Shown here piece by piece: positions 1 through 11,522 of a stretch of DNA of 64,000 bases. Both the position numbers and the translations under genes were made by a program. The stretch covers positions 1 through 64,000 of the forward strand of contig CAJNYD010000551.1 of NCBI GenBank assembly GCA_905331295.1. Reading direction: 5' to 3'. The notes below the pieces were generated by a model. It did no database searches. It worked only from the letters and a program-made list of their open reading frames with translations, and was not told the origin of the DNA. Position 1 is the stretch's first letter, and each line of letters begins with the position of its first letter. This DNA comes from Rotaria socialis. Its lineage: Eukaryota.

Positions 1-370
1 AACGGAAATGACGGATTGCAATTCATGTCAATAGCAATCCATCAATGTCTATTCGCATGTCTTTATTCTGACAACGTTTTTTTTTCTTCCTTTTTGCAGC
101 TTTCCACTTGGGAAACGTGAAGAAACGACAAGTAGAGAATATAATAAAATGCATTATCTATTCATACTGAGCGAGAGAAAGAGAAGTAGGAAGAAAACGG
201 AAAGACTTAAACCAGTTCGAATTCTTTAATTATCTATCCTCTCTCTCTACATGCCAACGATTTATACGTTCTTTGTCATGCTCTCGATTTAGCTTGTCAT
301 TAAAACACAAGCTAACATACATTTTCTTTCAGATGTAAAGAAAATTAAAAAAAACGAAAGAAGCAAAGAA

Positions 371-2433
371 ATGTCATCAAATTTTAATAATGAAATTCAC
401 GATCCTGTTGGTAAGTTAATTAAGCGACCAGCTAATGGTATTTTGAAATCCTCGAAAAGTATGGATGGAAGTCGACTTGAATATAGCCAAGATACTATTT
501 CAAAACTTAATAATTATCCAACAACAGGCATGGCACGATCAGAAAGTAAAAGGTAATAAAATCATAGTAAATAGATAATTAGAAATGTTTTTATTTGTCG
601 TATTTTTTAGTCAAAAGATTCCACATTTTGATGAAATGAATATTATTGCTACATATCATCCAGTAAATAAAGATTATGGTCATATGAAAATTGAAGAACC
701 TAAAACGCCTTATGCTCATAATGATAATATCGACGACGAAATGGATACTGATCTTTATAGTGACGAAACAGCATGTGTAGGTTTCGATCCGGATGCACTG
801 CTTCAAAGGTTTTAATTTATATTTGTATTATTATTGATGATGCATTATATGTATCTGCAGGCTAAATGAAACACCTGGTTCATGTCAATCCCAAATGAAT
901 CGAGGATCACGAAGATCACTTGATGAAAATGCTGCAGGAACTCCTGAAGAATTAGGTATTTAATTAATGGGTGAGCCCATGGAGACCTATTCACTTTTTT
1001 GGAAAGTTTTTTTCAGTTCAAACTTTCGGNNNNNNNNNNNNNNNNNNNNNNNNNNNNNNNNNNNNNNNNNNNNNNNNNNNNNNNNNNNNNNNNNNNNNNN
1101 NNNNNNNNNNNNNNNNNNNNNNNNNNNNNCCTTTAAATATGAAGTCTTATGTATAAGTATCGTGACTTCGGACAAATAATATTACGAGATGAATCATCGG
1201 ATATTGGAAAGGGTCGATTATCAGCTAGTACTTTTTCTGATTTCTTTAAAAATTGTACCTCAATGCCCAAACGAAAGTATTGTGAACATCCAACAAAACA
1301 TGCAAATCCTACTCGTGTACCCGAAGAAGTAGTGTTTGTATCGACACGTCTATCCATGTTTTTGATTTCTCGATATGACACAGCTGACCACCAAATACAC
1401 TGGTTATGTCCAACATGTCATGCATTTGAATGAAGGGAAATGATGGCTCGTCCATCAATGGAATCAAGCGATAATGAGAGCCCCAGTGAAGATGAAGCCA
1501 TGGAAGAGTCTTCTGTTCATGATGGGTGTGGGTGAAGCAGTTAGAATCACAACACCCACACCCATTATTTTCAAAAGAAATGGCTCAGAACTCAAGACGT
1601 TCAATAGAAATGTTCTAACCTTTTTTCATGAAAACTGTTCCTAGACAGCTTTCATATTTTTCAACATGAAACAATTCTGAAAAAGATATTTTAGAAAAGT
1701 TTTAGGTGTTTTCCTATGTCTGACAATATACGTTAGTCGTTCTGAAAAAATCACCCAGAACTCGATATTTTCCGCTCGAAGGATCATATTTTGTTTTCAT
1801 CAAAAGCATTCTCTAGAGCTTACCGAAAGTTTGAGCTGAAACAAAATCGAAAAAAACCCTTTCCAAAAGTGTAGATGGGTCTCTATAGGCTCACCCTAAT
1901 GTGTTTATTTACAAATTGATTTAAAAAAATGTTTTCATTTTTAGAGCATCGGAAACGATTTGAGAAGCATCGTAAACAACACTACAATGAGTTTCAAGTT
2001 GTTCGACTACGTAAACAAGAAATTGAAGCTGAATTACATGCTCTAGAACAAGAGGAAGCGACAGCAACTGGATCAGAAGAACAAGACAGTCAAGCGTAAG
2101 TTAAAATTGAAATCTTCTTTGTGTACTATAGTATTAGTTCGTCATCGTCAAACGATTCAATCAAACCAATTTTAATTCCTCAACACGCAAGAAATTCACT
2201 GTCCTCTTCTCATCATGTACACGTTGAAGACGATCATCAATATGATGTCGATGTACATTTATTAACACCTGAAGAACAAGGTTCGATTCTATTAATATAG
2301 AGTGGCAAGAAAAAAAAAGTACATTTTTTTTTTGCAAATTTTAGAACGAAGAAAACAATTCGAATTAAAACGAAGGAATCATTATAATGAATTTCGTGCT
2401 GCTCATTTAACAGATCAGGATGATGAAAAATGA
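371..2433 (+). CDS. PPP1R2: Protein phosphatase 1 inhibitor-2 (IPP-2) family protein; about 6 exons (~371-552, 611-808, 861-955, 1945-2095, 2138-2280, 2345-2433)
   Basis: GILK motif, [30 protein letters not shown] (I-2 signature with PxTP site), and [12 protein letters not shown] / [12 protein letters not shown] motifs in later exons; GT-AG introns. Confidence 0.9.
969..1896 (+). mobile_element. Internally deleted TIR DNA transposon (Sola2-like) in an intron of the I-2 gene
   Basis: Imperfect TIRs GGGTGAGCCCATGGAGACC... / ...GGGTCTCTATAGGCTCACCC, flanked by TAAT on both sides (965-968, 1897-1900); internal ORF remnant YCEHPTKH...WLCPTC. Confidence 0.75.
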
Positions 2434-4076
2434 TTGCTTTGTTCGTTTTTTTCTAAATTTACATGCAAAAATATTGTCTTGTTTTTTTCTATTGATTATT
2501 TGTATATACAACAGCGTACTGCAAGTCCTAATTTATTACTTATAGAAAATGATCTGGCCAAAATATTCTTTCAAAATAGGTGATTCATTGTGGATATGTT
2601 GTTTAAAAACCTGTATGCAATGGATTGTAGGAAAAATGAACGAAATTTATTTTCCAATTGAAGTCAAATGAAGTTTTTTTTGTTCCCGTCGATGAATAGT
2701 ATTTTATTTGCTTATTGAAAAGAAAAATAAGACATGACATCTAATAGTTGAAGATAAGTTTATTTTCTAATATAGTTTAAAATTGTTTTGGATGAATGAA
2801 ACAAGTACTTGTTATTCTATGGAGACGCTCTACAAAAGAGATACGCAAGGGTAAATCTCAATTGGACTATCTTTTATTACAATGCATTATAGTGCAAACT
2901 GTAATTTCACAGTCGAAGAGAGAAAAACTATTGAAAGCTAAGAAAAAGGAGCATGCATATGTTTGTAGATGGGCAATATTTTTCAATATGGTAATCATCA
3001 CTATTGTATATTTTGTATCTAAATTGGCCTAGAAGTTCGATATTTCAGTTTGCAGATAATACACTTAGCGTTGAGAATATGTTATTTAGTCGTCGATTCT
3101 TATCAGCGCGCATCTATTGAAATTGAATGGAATGAATTTTCAAAATCGGCTCAACAATTTATGCGCGTTTTCTTTCATTGTAATCTTTTATTCCGGATAT
3201 TAAAATTTTTCCGAGTAGAAAACGACTTTATCACATAAACAAAGTTTTCTATTATATTTATTATTGCTATTTACTGCATATTTAAAGCAGTTCGGAAAAA
3301 ATACTATTCAAAATATTTCTTTTGTTCCACCATGAAAAGTACTTTTTAAATATAACTATTTGATTGTTAATTACCATGTTTGATTAGTAAAGATTCCATT
3401 GATGTATGAATTTAAATCTTCGTGTCTTTTATACATATATATATATATACTGTTGATTGAAGGTCTACTGTTGAATTCATTCATGGATCTTGACTGGTAC
3501 AATATTTAAACGATGTAAAACTTCTTGAAATCACAGAGAAAAAGCGAATATGTATATTTACCAGAGAACCTACTCAAAATAAATGTTGAAAACATTTTCG
3601 GTTTTCAAAAAATGTTGTGTGCTGAGCTTGCGGGTATTTGATCATGGCAGTGTATGCTTCGAAGTCAGCATTATGCTAGTTAATAATAAATTCTAATGTT
3701 TTTCATTGTTAAAGTAACATATGGAATCTATTATAGTTGAAAGAACAGACGCCGCGTTAACGATTGGCTAAATCTGTCACATGTTCTTGTATTGATGAAA
3801 TGTTACATTTTTCAGGATTGGCGAAACATGCTGCCTGCACAAAGCTATTGTATTAATATCCCATCACACTGTTGTATCAACAATGCTGTTAAGGATTCCA
3901 TTTTTAGCTGCTTGAAACAGATGCTAGTGTCATTAATCTTGATTGATGCAGTCACACCTTGCTTCTCCAAAATAAATTTAATGTATAACCTGTTCTTATA
4001 TAAACTAACAGAATTTTCAGCTAAATATTACTATCAATCGAAGAGTGTTGCAGTGAAACAAAAACTACACATTACA

Positions 4077-5240
4077 ATGATATTTGCCAAGAATTTTCTC
4101 TACGTGTCTTTCACATTACTGATACTTGGTTTACAAGCATCGTTATCTGAATCCACGTTCTGTAAGTAGAACTAGAACCGATTCTTATAATATTGACGAA
4201 GAATTATTTAATGGAATAGGGGTTCAAAGTTATCTATCATCTATATTCTTTAGTATAGTTAATACTTTTAAAGTTGTTGCACCCTATCTATTATCTATGG
4301 GAGACTGAAAAATTACATTTGAGAAAAAGATGGTGAAAAGTAGATTCATGATAGTCAACCTATTCCGAAAGAAACATGCTATGGCCTCTTTAGGGAGTTA
4401 CTAATGAACACTTCGCATAGCATACGAAAACATTTTTAGTAGCTCCAGTGCTATGGTACAATATTTAGTTTCGTCATTGTGGAACAAAAATCATTTGTAC
4501 TTTCTCGAGTTAATCTAATTAAGATCTATAATTGTACTGGTGTAATTTAAAATAATTCATGTCTTTTAATATAGTGTTTCCAATAGGACTGAAATTACTA
4601 AAGCCAATTGAACCAGTTAAAATTGACTGCCACCGAGATCATCAAATCACAGTTGACAAAGACAACAATATACGGGGTGTACTCAGAGTCAAATCGTGCC
4701 CATTTTCACCATTTATCCAAAAGCCCTCTATGCACGTCAGTTTGTGGTGCATTGGGTTCGTTGGTGGAAAAGGGATTGAAAGGATATGGACTTTCACAGA
4801 AATGTGACATCAAGATTGATAAGGTATTGGGTGATAAGGATCAGACAGTATTCCATTATTCACTTCCGTGTGAAAAATCAAATCACGATACAGTCATCGC
4901 AGAGTTAAAGAATGCAGTCTCTCATCCTTCTTTCCATGATTCCTTGATACAAGCGAAGCGACCAGATTCGAAAGAATCAAGCTTTGGTAAAAAAGATGGA
5001 AAAGAAGCAGCCCATGATAATTCTTTCCATAATGCATTAACACAACCGAAGCGACCAAATTCGAAAGAAGTACACCCTGGTCAGGAAGATGGGAAAGATG
5101 CAGCCCATGATCATTCGTTCCGGGATAGATTAACACAACCGAAGCGACCAGAGTCGAAAGAAGTACACCCTGGTCAGGGAGATGGAAAAGATGCAGCGTG
5201 TTAAGATGCTCACTCAGGAGAAGAACAACAAGACCACTAA
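4077..5240 (+). pseudogene. Probable secreted protein with C-terminal 31-aa tandem repeats, apparently degenerate
   Basis: Signal-peptide-like exon MIFAKNFLYVSFTLLILGLQASLS ending at a GTAAG donor; the middle exon has stops in the frames tried; last exon is ORF 4608-5204 with repeats. Confidence 0.45.
4930..5198 (+). repeat. Three ~93-bp coding tandem repeats (SFxxxLxQxKRPxSKExxxGxxDGKxAAHD)
   Basis: CGAAGCGACCA...GATGG.AAAGA.GCAGC recurs with a 93-nt period. Confidence 0.9.
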
Positions 5241-5779
5241 GAAAAAAACCTATTTCTCATAACTCAATTACCTCTTATTTGTTTTCATGGTGAATTGTCA
5301 AAGCCAGTCTAAATTTTTTCTTCACAGTGAAATAAGCAGTAAAATAAACTAATACCTAGAATAAAATTCTTCATTCAGTACGCTATTGTAACCATGCACA
5401 ACGTTTCTAATGGGAAGATTTTTACTAGCCCGTGAAAGTACTTTTAACGCTCCAAGTATTGTTATACGAGGCTTTAATTGTTCAGAATCTTGCAGATGCA
5501 TATGAATGTGCAAAAACTTTTTTAAAACGATACTAATATTAAACGGATATTTTTAAGTGATCTCTATGGTATTGTGATACCTGCTTCAGATCAATGAAAA
5601 CTGCAATGTTTCAAGAGCTCGCGTTAATACTACGGAAGTCAATAAGATGTTCTTGTTCACGTTTCTTAGAAGACTGCATATACTTATTTGATTTTGGTTT
5701 ACATAATGAAATGAAACTGCAATTTTGTGGATGTCAAGGTTGATCTGACCCGTGTGCCTGCCCTGTTTTGGCTTGTTAT

Positions 5780-6701
5780 TAACATGCGGTGCAAAAGTCT
5801 TTTCAATAATGTCAAACGCTGTTAGACCATGTTGGAGATTGCTGATTCAGCTGACTTTTTTCTTGTTGGAAAGAGCAGTGTCTGAACCTCAAATTTTGTA
5901 CCAAACATATTTTTCTCGGACGAACCTGGAAATGAGGAAAAGTCAAAAACTAAACGCATGAAAAAACGTTCTTGCAACTTCACCATCCAACAGTATCATT
6001 TTCTATTACTATTGGATTCTTGTAAAGTGAAAAAGAGACTGAGTAAATCACGATGAATGATGATTTTTGCAGCATGAAGGATGCTCTTTCCAATGATGTA
6101 TTGATAGTTAAATTTAGTTTTAGTTTTTGTACTGAAACATTGCTATTTTCGAGAGAGACTGATAAATTTGGTGGTTCTCACAATATGACCATTTTGAAAC
6201 TGCAAAAGATATTTGATAAGTTATTGTTGCTGTCAAGTTTCTAAGGTTTGATATATTTCGCATGAATAAAGCGAAAAAATAGAGTTCATACATGGTTCCT
6301 GGTAGATATTCTTGAAAATTGATAGTTGTTTTTCACAAAAATTTCGCTTTTCAATTTTTTTTTTAACGACTCAAGAATGAATCTAAAAATCTTCCGCAAG
6401 TTGGTATCGATAGAGTTTTTGAAACTCTACATTGTGGTGTATGATTTGTTAAAATTCTACTCATGTAGTCTCAGATATTTCTGAAATACCGATCTTTCCA
6501 GGTTGCAGGAACGTTTTTTTCATGCGACTAGTGTTTGGCTTTTCCTTATTTCCAGGTTCGTCCTAGAAAAATATGTTTGGTACAAAATTTGAAGCTCAGA
6601 CACTGCTCTTCCCAACAAGAAAACAGTCAGCTGAATTAGAAGTCTCCAACATGGTCTGACAGCGTTTGACATTATTGCAAAGACTTTTGCATCGCATCTT
6701 A
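5780..6701. mobile_element. Non-autonomous DNA transposon (MITE) with ~200-bp TIRs
   Basis: 5783-5978 is the imperfect reverse complement of 6500-6698 (e.g. TCAAATTTTGTACCAAACATATTTTTCT / AGAAAAATATGTTTGGTACAAAATTTGA). Confidence 0.85.
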
Positions 6702-6704
6702 TGC

Positions 6705-8225
6705 AGTAAATTTAAGAGCTTGTCTCAACAATCAGGTGCTAGACCGCACCAAGCAACAACGTCTAGAGTCAACTGCTTGTTAGAACAAATTACTCAATCC
6801 CTTCGCTACAATTCATTCACTCCGGTCGTGTAGATTGATTTTCTACAAGCTTTCGACAAATTGTGGCAATAAGAACTTCTACTCAAGCTATATAGACTAA
6901 GCTGTCCTACTGCCTATCTCGTTTGGATTGCTCATTACTTCTCCGACCGGACTCTTAAAATTGACTACGGAGGTGTGGAATCTGCCTTAATTAATGTTCA
7001 AAGAGGAGCTCTTCAAGGTAGCTGCCTCGGTCCTGTTATGTATGTCATCGCTCATCATGACTTTCCGAAATGTTTTGAACATCCTACACAGGTACATGCA
7101 TATGTGAATGATATCGTACTGGTCTACATTCCATCAATTCATTTGAAATTCAGTTCACAAGTAGTCGAAATTCAAGGTCGAATCAATAACGATATGGCTG
7201 AACTGCTAAATTACGCAGACAAATGACACCAACCATTAAACCCTAATAAAACTGAGTTTGTAGTGTACCACAAGTCAGCTAAAAGTCTCAATGTCACTAT
7301 TTACTGTAACGGAGTTAAAATTATGCAAAGGAAGAACTTCATATATCTTGCATTTCATCTCGACGCAAAACTGTCGTTTCACAATATGCTTGATGCTCAA
7401 TTTACAACACTAAGGAAAGCTTATGCAATTTTAAAATCCATCCATCGCCAATTCCCATCATTCTCAGGATTCAAAATGAAATTCTTTAATAGTTATACAT
7501 GGCCACGCTTTTAAAAGCTTGCATCAACTTATTGCCTTTTCTCAAAAACTTCACGTTAACGATTAGCCTCATTCTACCGACGATGCTTAAAATTGGTCTA
7601 TTACCTATTCCAACATCTTACATATGATCTCAAGGGGAAAACAGCAGACACCATGATTTCATGACTCCTCGTGTTTAGGTATGACTCCCTGGGATCCTAT
7701 GGGATTCTATGCAACCAGTTGGCTCCATATGATTCTGGGTGATTCCACTTGACTCCACCTGACTCCGAGGAGTTGGAGTCTGCTGTTTCCTCCTTGTATG
7801 ACCTCCATCAACACTTTTATCTACCCATGATTGAAACAAAATACAAACAAGGCCTGCTGAAACGGATAAAAAACATTCAAGCATATGAGCGGATTCTCCT
7901 CGAATGTGCTCTTCAATACAAACACTTACTCAGTCAACTGTATAACCACTATCGAATTAAAGTGTATCTAAGGCACATGCCAGTAGGTTGACCGAGTAAA
8001 AGACTCTCAGCATTTCTTGAAAACGATTGTCATATACCTTTTTCGATAATCTATGTGAATTTGTCTTTTCTTAATCTATTTGTAATTTCATTATCTCGGT
8101 TTCTCGTCTCTTCTTGAAGATTTTGTCAATAGGCCTGCATATGTGGCCTTCTGAGTTATCAGATAACTCGGTATAAATAAGGCGGTCAACGCCGTAAGGT
8201 GAACCCGCCATATCAAAATAAATCA
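6705..8225 (+). mobile_element. 5'-truncated, decayed non-LTR retrotransposon (LINE) reverse transcriptase
   Basis: RT motifs IDFLQAFDKLW, RGALQGSCLGP, AYVND (degenerate YADD), LNPNKTE, YLAFHLDAKLSF; several in-frame stops. Confidence 0.9.
7631..7796. mobile_element. 166-bp hAT-like MITE nested in the LINE RT
   Basis: TIRs CAAGGGGAAAACAGCAGACACCA / TGGAGTCTGCTGTTTCCTCCTTG; 8-bp TSD TATGATCT / TATGACCT; internal GACTCC repeats. Confidence 0.85.
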
Positions 8226-8720
8226 TGCGATACAAAAAGGGAAAATTTAAGAGCTTGTGCATTGGTATGGATGTGACAGACGAAACAGCTTTATTCCCCT
8301 TTACATAGACAAGTTTAGAAAAAAAGTTGGCTTTTGTGGAAAAAAAGCTACAGTGACATATTTTTATTTTATGAAACAAGTATAAATATTTAAATTATTT
8401 TTTTCTGAAAATATGAAGTTTATGTTTTCTTATTAAATCGTTCATAATGGCTTAATGGACATGGCTGATTAAATATTTCTAGTACTTCCAAAAGTATCAG
8501 CTGTTGTCATCATTGTTTTAAATAATCCATATGAAAATAACTTAGAATGTGGTTTTACTGCTAACTGATAATTCAATGTATTCAAATAAACGACAGTAGA
8601 GATAGTTCAATCTTTTATAGTAGTTAATGTTTTATGATCTATATTTGAAGACAATCACATAATAGAATATGTTATACATTTTCACTCGTGCAAATTAATG
8701 AAATATGTCTTGAAGATATA

Positions 8721-8723
<3 letters not shown>

Positions 8724-8753
<30 letters not shown>
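8724..8753. repeat. (TA)n microsatellite
   Basis: Direct reading. Confidence 0.95.
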
Positions 8754-8757
<4 letters not shown>

Positions 8758-9678
8758 ACGTAAGAAAGAATGAAAAAGTATGCACTATCAAAACAATGAT
8801 AATTAGATTCTAATTATATAACAAAGTTATGATCATGATCAGAAAAACAGTTTGGTTGGTTTTCTTTCTGTTGCACGTTGAAATGTACTCAGATATGCAG
8901 AAAGTCAATCATTTATACTATCTTTTCTTATTGCCACCATTGAGTAAGCGATGATTGTGCAACTTCTGCGTTACTTATTTTAATATTTGCTAATTATAAG
9001 AAAAAGAAACTGATCACAATCATTCTTATTTAAAAAATAAAAGTCTGTTATGTACCTAAAATTCGAATGGCAGTATTTTTCGAGATTCAGATGCTATCTA
9101 AAGAATATTTTTTTTACCAACCTATGCGTGGCTAAATATAGAAGACTGATTCTAACAGAGTATTCGAATTATTGTTTTTGATACATTCATTTTCTTTGAG
9201 TGGTTCAATCGGGTTCGAATAATCGATAGGATTCTTCTGAGAACTACGTTCTGGTCGAGTTCTAGAGTTTTGAATGGATGCAGAACTATGTAAAACAAGT
9301 TTTAAAATTGGTAATATTTATCCTGTGTACAGAATGGAATGGTGGTGAGGTACTTATAATGGAAGCAAGCATACAAACTGAATAGATAATTATTTCATAT
9401 TTTCGACTATTCTGCAGACTCTTGAGGGTTAGTTTTAAAGTTTGTAAGCGTAAAAAAAGAAATTTATAGATTTACATATCCGTGTACATTAAAGAAAAGT
9501 TCAAAGTACGCGCCTACTAAGCAAACACAATAATAATGAAAAAATAAAAAACTGAATCAACATGTTTGCGCGATAAGATAAGATGCTCTGTTTTATCTAA
9601 ACGCAGTATACTTCTTTTCGTTTCTTCATAACAATCGTGATACAGATTAGAGTTGGCTCATTCCATAAGATATATAGC

Positions 9679-10765
9679 ATGGATTCTATTGTCTCATTTA
9701 TAACGCTTGCTGAGCAAATTATTCTTGAAGATGGTATTCATTTTCCTCTTGTTATCAGCCCAAAATTGAATTCATTGGAAAATTTGTCCGATACAGTCTC
9801 ATTTGTAGAAAAACATCGTGAGGAACTGCTTGTACATCTTCGTCAGTGTGGTGCCATCCTTTTTCGTGACTTTCCTATTACTGATGCGTCTGCATTCGAT
9901 ACATTTGCACGTGCCTTCAACTGGATGCCATTACCGTATGTTGGCGGTGCAGCACCGCGACAACAAGTGACTAGCATCGTATTTACCTCGAATGAAAGTC
10001 CACCATCAGAACCTATTCCGTTTCATCATGAAATGGCACAAGTACCGAAATTTCCTGAACATCTTATGTTTTTTTGTGACGTTCCATCTACACGCGGTGG
10101 TGAAACGCCTATTGCTTACTCTCCTATGATCTATAATCGAATCAGTGAGGCGTTACCTGAATTTGTACAGAAACTAGAAGAGAAAAAAATACGATACACT
10201 CGGGTGCTGCCCAATGGAGATGATCCACAATCAGCTATAGGGCGCGGCTGGCAATCAACTTATCAAACAGAAGATCGCGACTATGCTGAAAAGGTTTGCC
10301 ACGAGCAAGGCACTGGTATGTATCGTGCTGTTGACTACAAAAAAATAAAGTAGCTATTTTGATATAGATTACGAATGGCTGGATGATGGTTGTTTGAAAA
10401 CCACAACAAAGATCTTACCTGCAATTCGATTGGATGAGCGAACTGGTATCTATTCTGTGTATTTGTTTTTTTATTTAAAACTCATCTAGTATTCTTAAGG
10501 TAAAAAGACGTGGTTCAATTCTATCGTAGCAGCATATACGGGTTGGTCGGACAAGCGTAATTACGGTAAAAAAGCTGTTACATTTGCCGATGGTGAATTG
10601 ATGAACGAAGAAGACATTCATCGATGTGTTGCAATACTGGAGGAATCAAGTGTAAGCTTTACATGGAAAAAAGGAGATGTATTACTTATTGATAATCGAC
10701 AAGTATTGCATGCTCGCAAATCATTTGAACCACCACGACGTATCCTTGCAGCGCTATTTCAATAA
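9679..10765 (+). CDS. TauD/TfdA-family Fe(II)/2-oxoglutarate dioxygenase, clavaminate-synthase-like; 3 exons
   Basis: GAILFRDF, YVGGAAPR, IPFHHEMAQ (HxE), GGETP, WFNS, WKKGDVLLIDNRQVLHAR; introns ~10316-10367 and ~10446-10499. Confidence 0.92.
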
Positions 10766-11522
10766 ATAAAAAATTCGTAATTTATTTTTGCTGATTTTAA
10801 TAAAATGTAAAATGTATATGCAGACTCAATTTTACAGAATTTGATTTGAATTAAACGGATTTCTCTTCTATTGACGTAGAGTAGATGAAGTTTAAAGTAA
10901 TGATAAATGATTTTGTAGATTTAAGTCGAAATCCACCGAAAAGCTATCACTATTAGAAACAATAATCTGAAATATATTATCGACTTAGACTTACTCACAT
11001 AGAGATACAATGATAGTGTGAGTATAGACAGCTCTCTTGAATTTTGATTTAGATCTACTGAGAAACAGGAAAAATATAGTCGCTTGAACTGAATATTGTA
11101 GTTTTGTTGCCAAGATTTTATCCTTTTTCAAATTATTTTTTTTATTTAATTAATAAAAAGCTTCCCGTATGTTCCATTACGATCACACTGCGACGCAATT
11201 ACGGCGTAACTGCGATGAAAAAATCGTAGTTGCGCGTAGTGACGGTAAAAAAACTCACAACTATGTGTAAATACGTCGTATTTTTTCGTAAATATATGTC
11301 ACAGTATGATCGTAGATATGGCACCATTGTATCGTAATACTCGATATCATTGACTAATATTCATTAACAATTATCGAAAAAATATAGGTAACTAGAATGG
11401 TCTTGTTTGTTCTTCTTCATTTATTAAATGTTTTAATGCATATAATTACATATCGCGAAAAAAAAACTGTTCAAATTTAAGGAACTTTGCTCTATTAGAC
11501 GATGATTGTGAAGATATCAATT

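Noticed and set aside
2796..3238. Short AT-rich ORFs here and many antisense ORFs elsewhere in the track
   Set aside because: No domain similarity or splice support; expected by chance or as shadows of real exons
8131..8210. Hammerhead or HDV ribozyme
   Set aside because: No CTGANGA...GAAA core and no HDV nested pseudoknot identifiable by eye
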